From the NCBI GenBank assembly GCA_000320545.1, contig ADNK01003276.1:115315-179314 (forward strand): 64,000 bases of DNA, read 5' to 3'. Positions 13,046 to 27,569 of the stretch are shown one piece after another; within the stretch, counting starts at the first letter, position 1, and each line of letters starts with the position of its first letter. This DNA is from Bigelowiella natans CCMP2755. Lineage: Eukaryota > Protista > Cercozoa. Position numbers and translations under genes: made by a program. Below the pieces are notes generated by a model, which made no database searches, had not been told where the DNA came from, and worked only from the letters and a program-made list of their open reading frames with translations.

Positions 13046-14600
13046 ATGAGGTATTCTGGAACAAATAGCATTCTTTATTCCCCTGCGACGATACAATTTT
13101 CATCTTACGGTAGTCTTGAACGCAAAAATGGTTTAAGGGGACGGATTTCCCCGCCAAAGCCAAAAAAAAATCCAAAATAATCTCATTCCGTGCCAAGATC
13201 TGTTGTCGCCTAGTGAATATGTCATTCCGTTTTCAATACAGTAATTATGTCGCAGGAGTAAAACGGCAAGTGAATGAAGCCGAATTAGAAGAGCAGTAAG
13301 TGAGCAATAGGGAGGTGTGAGTGTGTGTGTGGGGCTCACATGACCATGACCACCCCGCTCCTTGCTTCATGTAAATCAAACCTGGTACATGCCAGCCAGC
13401 TGGATCAACAGCGGAGATCGCGGGTATGTACGCACAGTTTACGTGAAGAGACTTTGTAACGAGAGATTCGATGGTTTTTACGCGCAAGTCGGAGTCCGCT
13501 TTCTTGTCTTACGTATTTTCGGCTTATTGGTCAATGCAGCCGACTTTTTTGTCTCGTGGCTACACCTTGGCACCCTTTGTCAAACCTGCACAAGAAAAAC
13601 TCAAAAGGTCGGCTTTCATAAAAATGTCGCCGAGGATCGCCCGTGATGACCCACAAAATTCAATCCACACATATCACCTATACCATCGAATAATATGCAC
13701 TGGTAGGCCCGCCACACACCTGCACGTTGACGATCTATATGGTGCTCAACAGTCTATTCAAGTTAATGATGGAAGGGGGTAAGCATAGCTTGATGATTTT
13801 ATTCACTGCTCGTCACACCGCTTTTCCTCTGGCCGCTGATGCTGTGGTAATGCTACTCTCCATACTCTGCAGAAGAATGGTCAAGACTCTCTGCGTTCAA
13901 CTCGGAAAGATCTCGTTGTTGAGACGCATTTTCCGTCCCCTGCATGAAATGAATGGGGTAATAAAAGTTGATAAAGACAAATCGCGATGATGTATTTGAT
14001 ATGGTGAAATTGGTCAGAACTTACATGTGCGGGCAAGGGTCAGCCTCTGCAACAGCATCGAGGGGACCGTCGATACCTGCAATATTCCTCTCATTCTCGT
14101 ACCGTCCAATTTCACATTGCAACTTAACCCACACCACAGAAATGGTGAAGTGCCTATCCCCTGAGAGCGTGGCAGGGAGCAGGAAAATTACCATAAAACA
14201 TGTCAGTACAAGATAGTAAGGTTTAACTTATTTCGATATTCCAGGATGGTGAAGGGGACGGAGAAACGATGCCGAGGCGATGTTCATCGTCACGGCAAAG
14301 GAATAATAATGGTAAGAATGGCGTTGGGGGATTTGTTGCTGGAAACTCAGCTCATGGGCCGCTTCTGACAAACGACACAAGGGGCGATATAAAAGGGGAT
14401 AACTCAGCTATGCAAGATCTTGAGAATCATGCCAATAGTAACAGTAGCAGCAGCAGTGAAGCATTTCTCCAGTTTAGAGACCGAGGGGGGGCAAGCAACC
14501 CTATTGTGTTTAATCAGAACTTCCTCGAAATACAGAACTATGTTCGCCAGGTCATACGCAACCGCATGTTCATGGATTCACTCCCTCTCTCCCTCTCTCC

Positions 14601-14651
<51 letters not shown>

Positions 14652-14853
14652 TGTGTGTGTGCGTGTGTGTGTTTGTGTGTTTTGAGCGCGGAGTCCGAAA
14701 CGTTGATGACTTCTTTCGCCTCCCGCCATTACCACCCCTTACTGCTGTGTATCTTCCCTGTGATTGGTGATTTGCTTACAGCCTCAAACACGATGGGTGC
14801 TACATTTCTCCATTGAGGAGCATAAATGGTCAAGAGCAAACACAACTACACAA

Positions 14854-14927
<74 letters not shown>

Positions 14928-15311
14928 CATGTTTTCCGCTGCTGGATTGGAACCTAAATAAAACACACGCACGCACACACGCACACACGCATTCCAACAA
15001 ACAGCGTGGGAATGGAGCCGACCGGGCTAAAGTTTTTCATCGATCTATTAACCCCACGGAAATCAAGGCAGCAGCGGGGTCCTGCTACGGCAGTGAAGGA
15101 GAAGGAGGAGGAGGGGGGGGATAAGAAGAATGGACAAGATATAGTAAGCAATTCTAGTAAGAAAAAGTTCGGAGGGGAGGAGGAGGGGCACGAGGAGGAA
15201 GGAAGCGACTCAGCAGCAGGTGGAAGAAATCTCTCACAACAGAAAACTATTGTATGTACGTACCCAGAAGAGCTCTGTGCTGCTTTCGAGAATGCTAGTC
15301 CTGTTTTTGGA

Positions 15312-15352
<41 letters not shown>

Positions 15353-15765
15353 TTTTCTCTCTCCCTCCCTCCCCCTCTCTCGTCGTCATCGTCGATTACT
15401 ACTAATATCTTGTATTACTTTTTCGTCGTCGCAGCGCAAAGGAAGAAGAGGAGAAAGAGGCGGCGGAACAGTCACTTAGTGGCAGCAGACCGTGTCGTAT
15501 TGTGGCGTCTATTAGACGATAAGTCCGAAGTGCAGAAGAGCATATTCATTAACGACCAAAAGGTAGTAAGTAGGAGCACAAATGCTTCATGATGATGATG
15601 ATTATTATGAGACATGACGATGTAGCACGTATACATTGCTACATATCTATTAATTCCGCTCGTTCACGTTTGATGATTTCAATAGAATCTCTTCGTCGTC
15701 GTCTTCTTCTTCTTCTTCTTCTTCTTCTTCCTTCCACTTTTCTAGCAAATGCTCATTAATCTGCC

Positions 15766-15801
<36 letters not shown>

Positions 15802-18326
15802 GCATAGGTTGGCCATATCACGTTGAATGTCTCGTGGAAGTACAGCTTTGTGAAGGCAAGGACCTACAATTACTCCTCTCCTTATCCGGAAAACTCCTCG
15901 AAGAGGGGGCACAACTATGCACGGCGGAGAAACCTGAAACAGGAGCAGACGACACCGACAGTGCTTCACAGGTTGGTGCAACCTCCTGATATAATGATAG
16001 TAGTAGTAGAAGTAGTAGTAGTAGTAGTAGTAGTATCATATGGCGGTGCATAAGGAAGTCGACGATTTCCTTTCTCCCATAGTCGTAGTAGCACACACAC
16101 GATGCAGCGATACACACAGGCAGCAGCAGCAGCAGCAGCAGCAGGGTGAGATGTGAACGTGTATGCGCCTCATGACGTGTGTGGGGTGTGTTGTATCTGC
16201 CCAAGAAGAAGTATGTTGTTGTTATTGTTGTTATTGTTGTTACCGGGAGAAATAATAAGAGACCTGCGTGATGATGACGATGACGATGATAATGATGATG
16301 GTGGGTGAAGCATACAGGATCGTTACCATCGTCGTGCAAGTCTTCATCGCACTATCATCTATGTTATCATCACCATCTGAATACCCTCCCTCCTGGCAGA
16401 ATAATATACGGCAAGCAAGGGAAGGAGAAGAGATTCACGGTGAAGAGCAAAGGGCTGCTGTGTGGATTCTGCTCGCACGAGGCCTTTCCAACGATCTGTG
16501 GGCTGGTTTGTCACATGCGCTTCAATCATGGCCTCTACGAGGAAGATGGTGATAGCAACAACCTCAATCATCATAAGCTGCATGCTAATGGGGTGGGGAA
16601 GAGAGGCGGCATGGAACCGAGCACTAGTAGCAGCAAGACCATAAAGGGATGTGGAGAAGGAGGAGGAGGGGGACAAAGAAGAGAGAATAATTGTAACAAA
16701 GGAGGAGTCAGTACTGGTAGTGAGAAGCACCAGCCCTCCTCGCTTCAGCTCATATCAAAGATTCAATACAAAAGAATCGATCGATATAAATACATCATGG
16801 AGGTAAATCGATGTGTGTGTGGGGGGGGGGGGGGAGGGGGGAAGCGCGGTAGAGAACAAAGCAACTCTGCTGGCGTTGTCGAGGAGGTGGGCGTGTGCAG
16901 ATGGGAGGGAGTGTGGTGGTGTTGTCTAGTTCATACGCTGTTAATATCGGAAATATTCGTTTGTGAGGCGACAATAAATACCTCATCATTTTTCCTCCCA
17001 AAAGCTTCTCGCCGGACGAAATCGATGCTTTTGCAAAACTATTTTTCCTTGAAGTATTCCGTGCCATCGTTGCATTTTGATGATAGTAGCAGTAGTGGTA
17101 GCAGTAGTAATATCTTCTATCAATATGTAGACCCGAGTGAATCCAGCTGTCTGCGATCATTGCGACGACGAGGAGGAGGACAAGGAGAAGGAGGAGGAGG
17201 AGGAGGAGGAGGACAAGGCTAAGAAGAGAGAGAGAAGAAAGCAAAATGCCAGAAAGGCGAAGGAAAAGAAGGACAAGAACAACAAGCGCGCAACGACGAC
17301 CAAAGAGCCCATAACAACGAGAAGGACGAGGAGTAGTAGGAGGAGGAAAAGGGGGAGGGAGGAGGAGGAAGCGGAGAAAAAGGATAGGGAAACAGAGGAG
17401 GGAGGGAAAGGGGAGATGGAAGTAGATCAGGAGGAAGAGGAGGAAGAGGAGGAGAGGAAGGGTGACTGCCCTGCTAGCAGTGAGAAGCCGGCCAATGAGA
17501 GCTCTGATAAGAAGAACAACAACAAGAAGAAGAACAACCATCAAGATAGTAGCAGCAGAGATGTCATCGTCGCACCCAGCACCAGCACCAACAGCAACAG
17601 CAAGGGGGAAAATAATGGCTTCAAAACCAACGCGAAGAAGAAGAGGATGATGATGAACAAGAAGGAAAAGAATATGTCGTCGTCTTCATCCTCCTCCTCC
17701 TCCTCACCCCCCTCTTCCTCCGCACGCAAACAAGCCAATCCACGGCGCTTGCAGCTCTCTTCCGCTGATGAGCAGCAGCAGAAGCAGGGGCAGGGGCAAC
17801 TACAGACGTTTGCCTACTTCAACCGCCACGGAGCAAGGTGTGGATTGGTTCAGAAGGTCCTCAGGGAAGCTGCAATGCCCGGTGTCTACTGGAGAGCAGA
17901 TTTCGTCAGTGGCCACAACAACAACAACAACAACAACAACAATAACAGAATATCAGTAATGCGTGATGACCAGCGATGATGACGACAAATATCGAAATAA
18001 TGATGATGATAGTTGTAGTTGCGGTAAGTAGTACAAGGGAACGCGATATTATCCTCCCCTCCCCCCCCCCCGCCTACCATTATCTGGGGAGAACGCACCT
18101 TCGCAGCGGAAAGACGGTGTAAATGTAGCAGCAAATTAATCATTTTAATCAGACGGAAATGCTTCTTCTTCTTGTTCTTCTTCTTGTTCTCCTTTCTCTG
18201 TGTAGGATGATTATTTGCGGCATCTACCAAAAGGAAGCAGAGATCATGCTGCAGCCAGAACATTGGTTTGCACGCATCACATCAATAATACACACGCATA
18301 TATGTATAAATAATATATAATTATAT

Positions 18327-18369
<43 letters not shown>

Positions 18370-19382
18370 TACATATTAATATACACATTTTGATTCTTAG
18401 CGCCATCTAATCGAGGACCATGACGACGACGACGACGAAGAAGAAGAAGAGGATGCCGTTGCGAAAGATGAATATGACGATATCGGTAACGATTAAAAAA
18501 TGAGTCAGGGAAGGGGGGGGGGGGGAGAGATAGAGACAGAGACAGAGAGGGAGAGAGAGAGAGAGAAGAAGCAACGAAAAAAGAATAATTAGTACTAATG
18601 ATAGCAGATATAGTTGCTATATCCATTGTCTCTCATCGTCCTCCCCCTCCTATTCTAATCTCGTCTGGTACATAAATCACCAGAAGTAGCAGCAGCACCA
18701 CCAGCAGCGTCATCCGAACATATGCTAATCGATGAAGATGACAATACCGATGATGACGAGGACGAGGAAGACGATAGAGGGTGCCATAATCGAAACCAGA
18801 AGAAGAAGAAAAAGAACAAGAAGAATGGATCGATGAACAAGAGGAAAATGATAAAAAATCTTAACGGAGGGAGAAAGGCCAACGACAACGCTGTTAAAGG
18901 GAAGATGAAGAGGAAGAAGGGGTCAATTACACTGAAAATCAAGGATATCATAAAACAATGGGTGATGATGAGGACGATGTTATAAAAATCGGTTACAGTT
19001 GAGAAATATGTTCCGACTACTACTGACTACTACTGAATACTATTATACTTTACTTATCATCGCTACAGAGACAACAACAAGAAGAAAAAGAAGAAAAAGA
19101 AGAAGAAAGCTGAGAGAAAAATTAGCAACTTCTTCCACGCCTCGGATACAACTCCCTGTTATGAAGATGAGCTTGATATTGGTAGTAGTAGTAGCAGTAG
19201 TAGTAGTAGTAGGAGGAGGAGGAGGAGGAGGAGGAGGAGGAGGAGGAACAACTAATGACGATGATGATGATGACGATGATGCGAGATCCTTCAGATAGAG
19301 AGACCACAAAATGTTTGTTATCATTATGATATGGGGCGCAATTCCTTTCTCATTTTTCGTCATCATCATCATATCATTCTTC

Positions 19383-19427
<45 letters not shown>

Positions 19428-20556
19428 TTCTCCTGCTGTTTCATCAGATAGCGACGATGAATATGAAGTCGATGACGAGTGGCTAAGAGAACAACAGAAA
19501 CAGGTCAATTTCGTCGCCTTTGTACACAAACAACGATCTGAAGCGATACGTCTCTCACCCTTTCTTCCTCTTTCTTCTTCCTCTCCCCCACCCACCCATT
19601 TTCTTTACATTATCATCATCATCATCATCACCAGAGCATCGAGGAGCTTGAAGAACTCAGTCAATCCGAGCAACTGTTTGCAATCCAATGGAATGACTTT
19701 GTCCACAAACACCACGTGTAAGTAGTCAGTGTATCCGTGTTCAATCCAAATAAAACAAAAAAAGAGCGAGAGTATGCACGAGTGGACGGGGAAAACGCAC
19801 ACTCCAACGCAAGGAATTCTTCGAGATTATTATGTTTGGCAGTGCGTTATTCATTCAATGACTCCTTCGCTTTTGTGTTGTTATTACTTACTCTTGTGTC
19901 CTTAGATACGCTGATTTCGTGTTCCCTCTGATGTGTGAGATCTTCGCTAACGAGCATGGCAAGTGGCTTATTGAGAAAAGGCTCAGGACGAATTTCCTCC
20001 TACATCTTATGACGATGGTGTGTAAGTATATAACTGATTTAATATCGGTACTTGCAACAACAGCATCGATCACCTTCACAGCACCTTGATCAAAACCATC
20101 ATTTCCCTCCAAAGAAACCCCACCCCCACCCCCCTCCAAATGTTCTTGAGAACAAATGTCGATTCGTGCAGCCCTTGCCGTTGTCGCAAGATGGAAGAAG
20201 CTACCACGGATATTCGCTTTTGATATTTAAGATTCCACGCTACGATTTTGTTGATTTCGCATCATCATCATCATCATCATCATCATCACCATCACCTTAT
20301 TACTACGACTACTACTTTTACTCAGTGGGAATGGCGTCTAGTTTCCTCCCGAACCATCCAAAAATGCATGTTGATCGTCGATTCCTCCGGAGCGGACATC
20401 GTAGCACCTGCAAAGGACCTCAACGCCTTCGTTAAAGACGTCAGTAGCAGCACCAGCAGCAGCACCAGCAGCAGCAGCCTCAGTAAGAGGAAGAAGGAGG
20501 AGAGGACGGCAAACAGGCCAAAAGTGACAAGATCAAGGGCGAAAGCAACACGATGA
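13046..20556 (+). CDS. SUZ12: Su(z)12/EMF2/VRN2-like VEFS-box Polycomb PRC2 subunit (multi-exon; start tentative)
   Basis: N-terminal QPTFLSR (~13537; cf. Suz12 PIFLHR). C2H2 finger CGFCSHEAFPTICGLVCHMRFNH (~16460-16530). FFHASDTTPCYEDELDI (~19130). VEFS box DSDDEYEVDDEWLREQQKQ / SIEELEELSQSEQLFAIQWNDFVHKH / CEIFANEHGKWLIEKRLRTNFLLHLMTM / WEWRLVSSRTIQKCMLIVD. TGA at 20554-20556. Confidence 0.85.
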
Positions 20557-22364
20557 TGAAGTAGCGGTCAGTCCCCCCTCACTCACTCCCAAGATGTTGT
20601 TATCTGCTGTGCACGATCGGTACACTACCGAATGCACATGTTGTTGTCGGTTGGTGTCACTGTTGCTGCAATGCACGTACACGCCGTTCGTTACTATAAC
20701 AAGCAAGTATGAGGTTTTCCATTTCCTGCGTGCAATGTGCACATAGCAGTGGTGATGAGCCTCGTCTCAGCGACTAGGCGGGTCGAAATGTAAGAAGCAA
20801 GGGCGAACGTAGAATACAAGCATTGTGTCCATTAGATAATAAAGCAAAAAAGCGCCTGGCCAGCGCGAAGTACGTAACGTACCGCAGCCATCTGCCTCGC
20901 GCATGTCTAGCACGTAAATGCGCCTGCTTGCATGCATGCTTCTAAAATCAGCAAATCATTATTAACTCTTGCGTACATAGCAGGGGCACATCTAGAAAAC
21001 CGTACATCATAGCTTTTGACTAATATAAGGTATACGCATGACATCTGACATATTATATATACATCTGCTATGCTTGCCTAATTTGCGTTCTGCAGATGCG
21101 ACACAATGTCCACCGCCACTTTGCTTTCTCGTTTGCACGCAGCGCGGCGATGCTGCAGCGCACACACCAATACGGATGATTGCAATACAGCATCATTGCG
21201 AACACATACGACAATACGACTAACAATTCTTGCATGTATGGCACTGACACGTACATGATAACATGTCTAGATGTTACATGCATGCGCTTGCGTTTTAGAT
21301 TTGAGCAAATAATGTGAATGGGTGGTGGTGCATGTACATGTACGTACGCATAAGTGCAGTTCAATATTTCTAATATAATTTGCGAATTGTTGCTACTTAT
21401 TGTTGATTGTATAAATAAATAGCAATTACGCTATGCAAACTTTGGATCACACAGTCCCACATGCACATACACATGCACACACACAATCACAAACAGATAG
21501 AGATAGATAGATAGATATGCATAGAGAGAGAGAGCAACACATGTCGACGACACGTCTAGATGTGCATGCATAGCTTCATTAGGATGACAATTGCAAAAAT
21601 GTAATCATCTTATTACACCCGTCTCATCATATGTGCCATTTATTGCATCCAAGTTTCTGCATTTTGATTCCCATCTTTTGTGTGTCGACTTTGTTAAAAT
21701 ATAATTTGTAAGGATGAGTCCCCTTGAAAAATGCGTTATGTCATGCTATCTAATCTGAATAAAATATATAAAAATTGAAAAGGAGCAGAACAGCTAGGTA
21801 AATTTTTATCAATCATCATGCTAATATCTTGTGCATCGTTCGAATTGCATCAGGCAATGTTGTGGCTTGATTTCTGAGGGCTTCCTAGTGTAGATTGCTG
21901 CTGCTTCGAAGGCGATCGTAGATTAATATTCCCTACTGTACTCATCCGGTTTCTGTTGGAACAGCAACAAAATACAAGACAGCAGAAGGAGAAAAGAAAA
22001 ATACAGATAGCGGGAAAAGGGGTTATTACAAATGTAATTGATAATGAAAGTTGATTAATTGCACTAACTGTCTGTTTCAAATCCAATTCTCATTTATTTA
22101 GCATAATCATATGCGTGGATGAGAGCGAGATAGATAGATAGATAGAGAGAGAGAGGGAGAGAGTGCTCGGAAGAGAATCACTTCAAACAACGTGCAATAA
22201 ACATATGAAATATTCAATATTCAGTGTCAATAAATGCGCGTGTTTTAGCTGGGAAGATTCTATCTTAATTAAAGAAAAGACAAAAAACAAACAAAATGTG
22301 CTTTTTCTTCTTTAGTAAGACCAAAAATGCAAAAGTCCCAAAAAATGATGATGTGTTAAATACA

Positions 22365-25068
22365 TCATGCTTGTTGTTGAGGCTGCTCTAGGAATGGCTC
22401 TTGCCAGGCCATTGGAACATCGCTAACCCGTTTCTTCTTAATCTTCACGAAGCTATTTCTACACGCGGGTGATAATTATAGCATACATACATATAGAGTA
22501 ATGAATACGCGGGTTTGAGGACGGACAACACTGTGTCTTCTAATGCGCTTTCGGGTTGTCCTTTTGGTCTTAGATATTTTTATAGGCATAATCTATTTAC
22601 TCACTTGTCACGTTTGCTTGCATCCTGAACCTCGACCTCCTTCGCTTCGATCGCCTGAGACGACGTTTAGCATTAATTCAGCGGAGAAAGTTGGGATTGC
22701 ATATATCACCAAAGTTGCAATGGCCAAGAATATGCGCCATTCATATCGGGTACACACAAGGGCCTGCACATACTCTACGTAGCAAGTATACATACATACA
22801 ATACATACAATACATACACCAAACAGATATAACATGTTAAAAATATACTGAAGAAATCGCATGTCGGTGTGCGCTTGCGCGTGTATACTATGTGTTTTTG
22901 GATGCAGGTGGATAGAGAAATGACCTTCACTTCTAAGATCTCTACGTTTCCAAGCTGCACATATAGGAAAACAACACCAATTCTCATACACATACACTCG
23001 ACGCGTTTGAAAATTCAAGCTCTTGAGTTCGGGTTGTTCTGCTTGCAGTCCCACCTTCTACATAGACAACAAATCCCAATGCTGCTATTACTCCTACTAC
23101 AACACTTACACTACCTTTCTTGGAGAGACGCATTCTTTCACGCACATTATGGCCACAGTCAGCAGGACCACACATCCCATCGACACCATTGCGACACCTA
23201 CATGATGATCATCACAAGCAGGGAACAGATACCAAAGGTAACGATTAACCTAACCGCTATGACTTGCTCCGGATATTCCTCCCCCCCCCCCCCCCCCCTC
23301 CCCCACCTCTCATTGTCAATCACGACTACAAAACTGTGTTCCAAGGCAAAACAAATCGAGCGAAATTATGACGGTCAACAGCAGCAGCAGCAACAGCAGA
23401 TAAGTCGTAAGTTGATATCCTATTGTAGCACCCATGAAGGTATTTCTGCCTCCTATCCATGAGTCCTTCGTCAGAATGATGGCTTTTCCTGTGGTGTGTG
23501 TACGCGTACATGTTACCCGATAAGAAGAACCACATAGCATGAAGGATACAGTTTATTCAGCAACAATGTGCAGAAGATGATGCTAGTTGAGACGCACGAC
23601 AGAAACAACAGCCATGACTAGCATCATATTCACCCACCAAAGATTGATTAGCATAAACAAAATAAGAAAGAAAAGATCAAAGGATAATTTTTCTTCTAAT
23701 GTTGAAGCGAACCTCCCTCAAACGGAGACGTCACGAAACGTGCTGTTACTCTGAAGACAATGCTGTCGCCCTTGTTCAAATCCTGATCTATCCGAGCGTA
23801 TTTCTTCATGAATACTCCTGGTAATAATAATTACGAAGATGGCAATAATGGGAGAAGAGAGCGATGCGGTTATTAATATGTGCTAAGACGATCTGACGAA
23901 ATACGTACGAAATTGCTACTGCTATCACGTCCTTCATACCACAACAGCCACTCCCTCGCCCCCCTCCCTCCCTTGCCCCTTCTTTCTTACACCGCTACAT
24001 TCATCACAGAATTGAGAGAAGAAGAAACCAAAAAGCAAAAGGACCGAGAGCCGCAGTGCGCATCCAGACCATGAAGTGCTCGTTCTGAGAAGCAGAAACA
24101 ACAACTGCATTACTACGGAGATATGAAGGAGTATAACTTTATTGGGCGAGAGGTGTATTCACGACTACCTTCTGCCCTTCCTCCTCCGGAATGACGCCAG
24201 GGTACATCTCGTACAAGCACTCGTACTCCGTCGAGTTGCAGAATTCAGGGTATCTTCATAATCATGGCGCAAACATGACAAACGAAGAAGATAAGCTTAC
24301 GTCAGCAATTATTTCTCTCGTGCTTTTTATTGAGATGTGCTACTTATTTGCTGTGCTACTCATGCCCCTTCCCTCCCCCCTCATCGATAACTGAATGAAA
24401 TGTATACCCGCTCGGGTTGCCGAATCTTTTATTGCGGTCAACCTAATTTACCAGAGAATATTTGTCTCAATGAACTTTTGTTAATTTTTCAGATAGGTGC
24501 CCTCCCTCCCCCTTCCCCCCCACATCTATAGTTCTTATCTTACATGCCAGCTGATATCATCCTCAGACATGGTGATTGAGGTCGGTGAGATTAGCTCGAA
24601 GGTATCATTGAACATCGAGTGAGCCTGGAGTCCACAAGGCACGTACCTGCCGAAAGAGACCAGAAGATAGTAAGGGGGTGGACGATAGCGGTATAGATGC
24701 AGATAACATTTGTTGGAAGCTATGTGATCGTTCTAATTACTACTCAGACTACCCGAAGTGTGCGGAATTTTGATTTCCATTAACATAAATCAATCACTAT
24801 ACATATGACACGATGATTCATGCTAATTATTAGCCATTCTTCGTGTGTGTCGGCGCGTGTAACGGGAGGGGGGGGGGGGGGACAAATCATCGTTAGTTAA
24901 TTTACGGACGTTTCTCCATCCTCTGAGTTGAAGTATTTGCAGTATTGCGTGCTGGTGTCTTTAGTGCTCCTATTATTTCATAGCAATGAAGAAATAAATG
25001 ATGATGATGATGATGATGATGACGATGACTCTGATTGTGCTAAATGGGGGATGTACTGCTGTTGACAT

Positions 25069-25101
<33 letters not shown>

Positions 25102-26087
25102 TACCCACCAGTACTGCAAACCTGCCACTTACTATTCTCATTCCCTCCATTTCTTAGTTACTACTTACACACTTACCCGTCGAGTTGATAGGAGTAATGG
25201 TCTTTCGCATAACTCTGGTAGTTTTGATAGAAGTTGGTGAGGCCGTACCGCACGAATACCGGAGCTTTCATGTCGTTCTTCAGATCCATTGTGATGTCGC
25301 ACACGCGCTCGGTTTGATTTCGAGCGGCAGCAAGCTTGCAATCCTGATAATCAAGCTCGTATCCAAGGCTTTCATAGTCAGATCTGTCGCCTTCGTACAT
25401 CACCATCTGATATGAAGCTTCGTTGGACCCCATTATCACCTTTAGGGGGGGGGGGGGGGTTGGATGTGGGAAAAAAAAAAGGGAAGTAAGCTCGTGGACA
25501 CTATGCACATGTTTGGAGAGGTGTGCATGCGGATGCGCGAGGGATTCGTTGAATTTCCCGTCATCCAGAGTTGTGAATCAGAATTAACGAGATAAGTGTT
25601 GGACCACACATTATTGGTATCTTCTCGTCTGAGACAAGAATGATATCACTTTTTTCGGTTTTGTATTGTGTCATCATCTTCTTAGGAGCTACTGACTAGC
25701 GTAGCTGTGCTTTCACCCCCCCCCCCCCCTCTCTCTCTTTCTCATTTACCAAGCCTCCGATTAGGATGAAGAAGCACCCAACAATAGACAGCACAATCAT
25801 GGTGACGCGAGGCGTTAAAGGCTTCTGTGCTCGAGGCAGTCTTTGCTGCAGGAAACGACCGCACCTATTTGTACACCATTATCCACACACAATTAATGCT
25901 GGTGGTGATAATGATGAAGATGGTGATGATGCAACGTTCCTTGATATAAGTGAAGATTGTTGCCTGAATTTTTCATCTATGCATTGCTCATTATCCACAC
26001 TCACATTCAATACTACCATGTTGACTCGTCAGCGGGGCGATTAGAGTGCAGCTTTGTGTCTTCAAAGGCGTGGCCCTTCATAGATAC
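22365..26087 (-). CDS. CDC50: CDC50/LEM3/ALIS flippase beta-subunit coding region (probably fused to the upstream P4-ATPase; last exons uncertain)
   Basis: SNRPADESTW|CGRFLQQRLP plus TM1 (25750-25864); PVFVRYGLTNFYQNYQSY; PCGLQAHSMFNDTF; NEHFMVWMRTAAL; SWIGGRNTFMG|VAMVSMGCVVLLTVAIMC (TM2) ...SPRK|VG. Extended C-terminal tail. Confidence 0.92.
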
Positions 26088-26260
26088 CTAGGAGGAAGAA
26101 GGTAAATTAGGATTCGGATGTCTGTCTCGTGATGACGACAATAGCAGCAACAACATCATCAACAACAACAACAACAACTCAAATGTTTCTGGAACAAAAC
26201 CGAATTGGAAGTTCTCTCAAAAGTGAGAAATAAGAGTTATCTGTTGCGCAATCAACTTAC

Positions 26261-26338
26261 GTTTATATGCGTATCCTTTCTATCCGCTTTGACCCGACCT
26301 GCTGCAATACGGCGAGAGAGGGTCAAACACCGTGCACA

Positions 26339-26383
<45 letters not shown>

Positions 26384-26394
26384 CACGCACACTC

Positions 26395-26442
<48 letters not shown>

Positions 26443-27249
26443 CACAAAGTTTAGCATGAGATCTAGCGAGAGATGATCGCTCTACCATTCTGGCTTTTAG
26501 AGCTACTCGCATTGTTCTCCTGATCTTTACGTTCAAGACTCTTCTTCTCCTCCTACAAAGGTCGGTAGTAGTAGTAGTAGTAGTAGTTGTTGTTGTTGTA
26601 GCACATACACATCGATGGTCATCGAGGAATAAACAGATGAATTGATCTTGCTCTGTTGATATAGCTTCTCTAAGCAACCATCGACGTGTTCGAATCACTG
26701 CTGCTGCTGCTATGAAAATGTACATAATGAGCCGTTGATTGCATTTCTTGATCTCCTTACCTCCGTGAGTTTGCGTGTGGTCATGGCCCTGTGGAGAGGT
26801 GCTGGAGTAGCTCCAGGATGGGAAAAGTCGAAACCCTTCGTCGTGCCCTGCTTTTTCTCTGATGAGAAGCAAACGTGAGAAATAGGAGGAAAACAATGTG
26901 CACACTAGAGAGAGAGAGCGAGAGAGCATCTTCTGCCGCACCCTCCTTTTTATTCTTTCATCTATCTATGGCATAACGTTCCTTACCGTATCTGCCTAGT
27001 CGAATTGTATATAAAACAGGCCTTATATATTCTATAATTCATTCTCTCGCTACAGCTACTACTATGCACATTCTCCAATTCCATGCTCACCACCATTGAT
27101 TCTACAACACTAATAATGATAACACAACACCTTCGGCTGATGCCTTTTCTAGCTCATGCATCTCAATGTCATTTAACTCTTCATGAACCTCTTTCGCGAC
27201 CCCCCCTGCATAGGTATAGGTAGTAGTGTGTGTAAGAGTGTGTGTGTGT

Positions 27250-27289
<40 letters not shown>

Positions 27290-27536
27290 CAAATTTTGAC
27301 TTCAAAAGTGTGAACAAAACAAAACGACAGCGACGAATATCCAGGCTTCGGACATTTATATCATCGATTTTTGTGTGCATAGCCAACAGAAACAACGACA
27401 GCCACGTGGGAGAGTGTTGTCGCCGCACCTTGATCCCTAAGTTGTTGTTTCACTTGTTTCCCGAGATTCTTCATCACTTCATCCTTGTTCATCATGTAGT
27501 CGGCCTATGATGGCATTAATTCGTATCAGGAGATAC

Positions 27537-27569
<33 letters not shown>

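Noticed and set aside
12935-14216. Separate small gene (KVLILHG resembles an FSH1 hydrolase)
   Set aside because: No GxSxG motif. The exons carry a Suz12-like PxFLxR motif and splice in frame (KH|DGEG, intron 14202-14244) into the VEFS-box gene.
16795-17544. 249-aa hydrophobic minus-strand ORF and the many SLSLSL/VCVCVC/YIYIYI ORFs
   Set aside because: Antisense shadows of purine-rich exons or translated microsatellites, with no domain content.
22608-23440. Apparent extra or alternative TM exons at the CDC50 C-terminus
   Set aside because: A clean in-phase path (FMG|VAMVSMG...SPRK|VGLQ) explains TM2. The other hydrophobic stretches appear intronic or off-frame.
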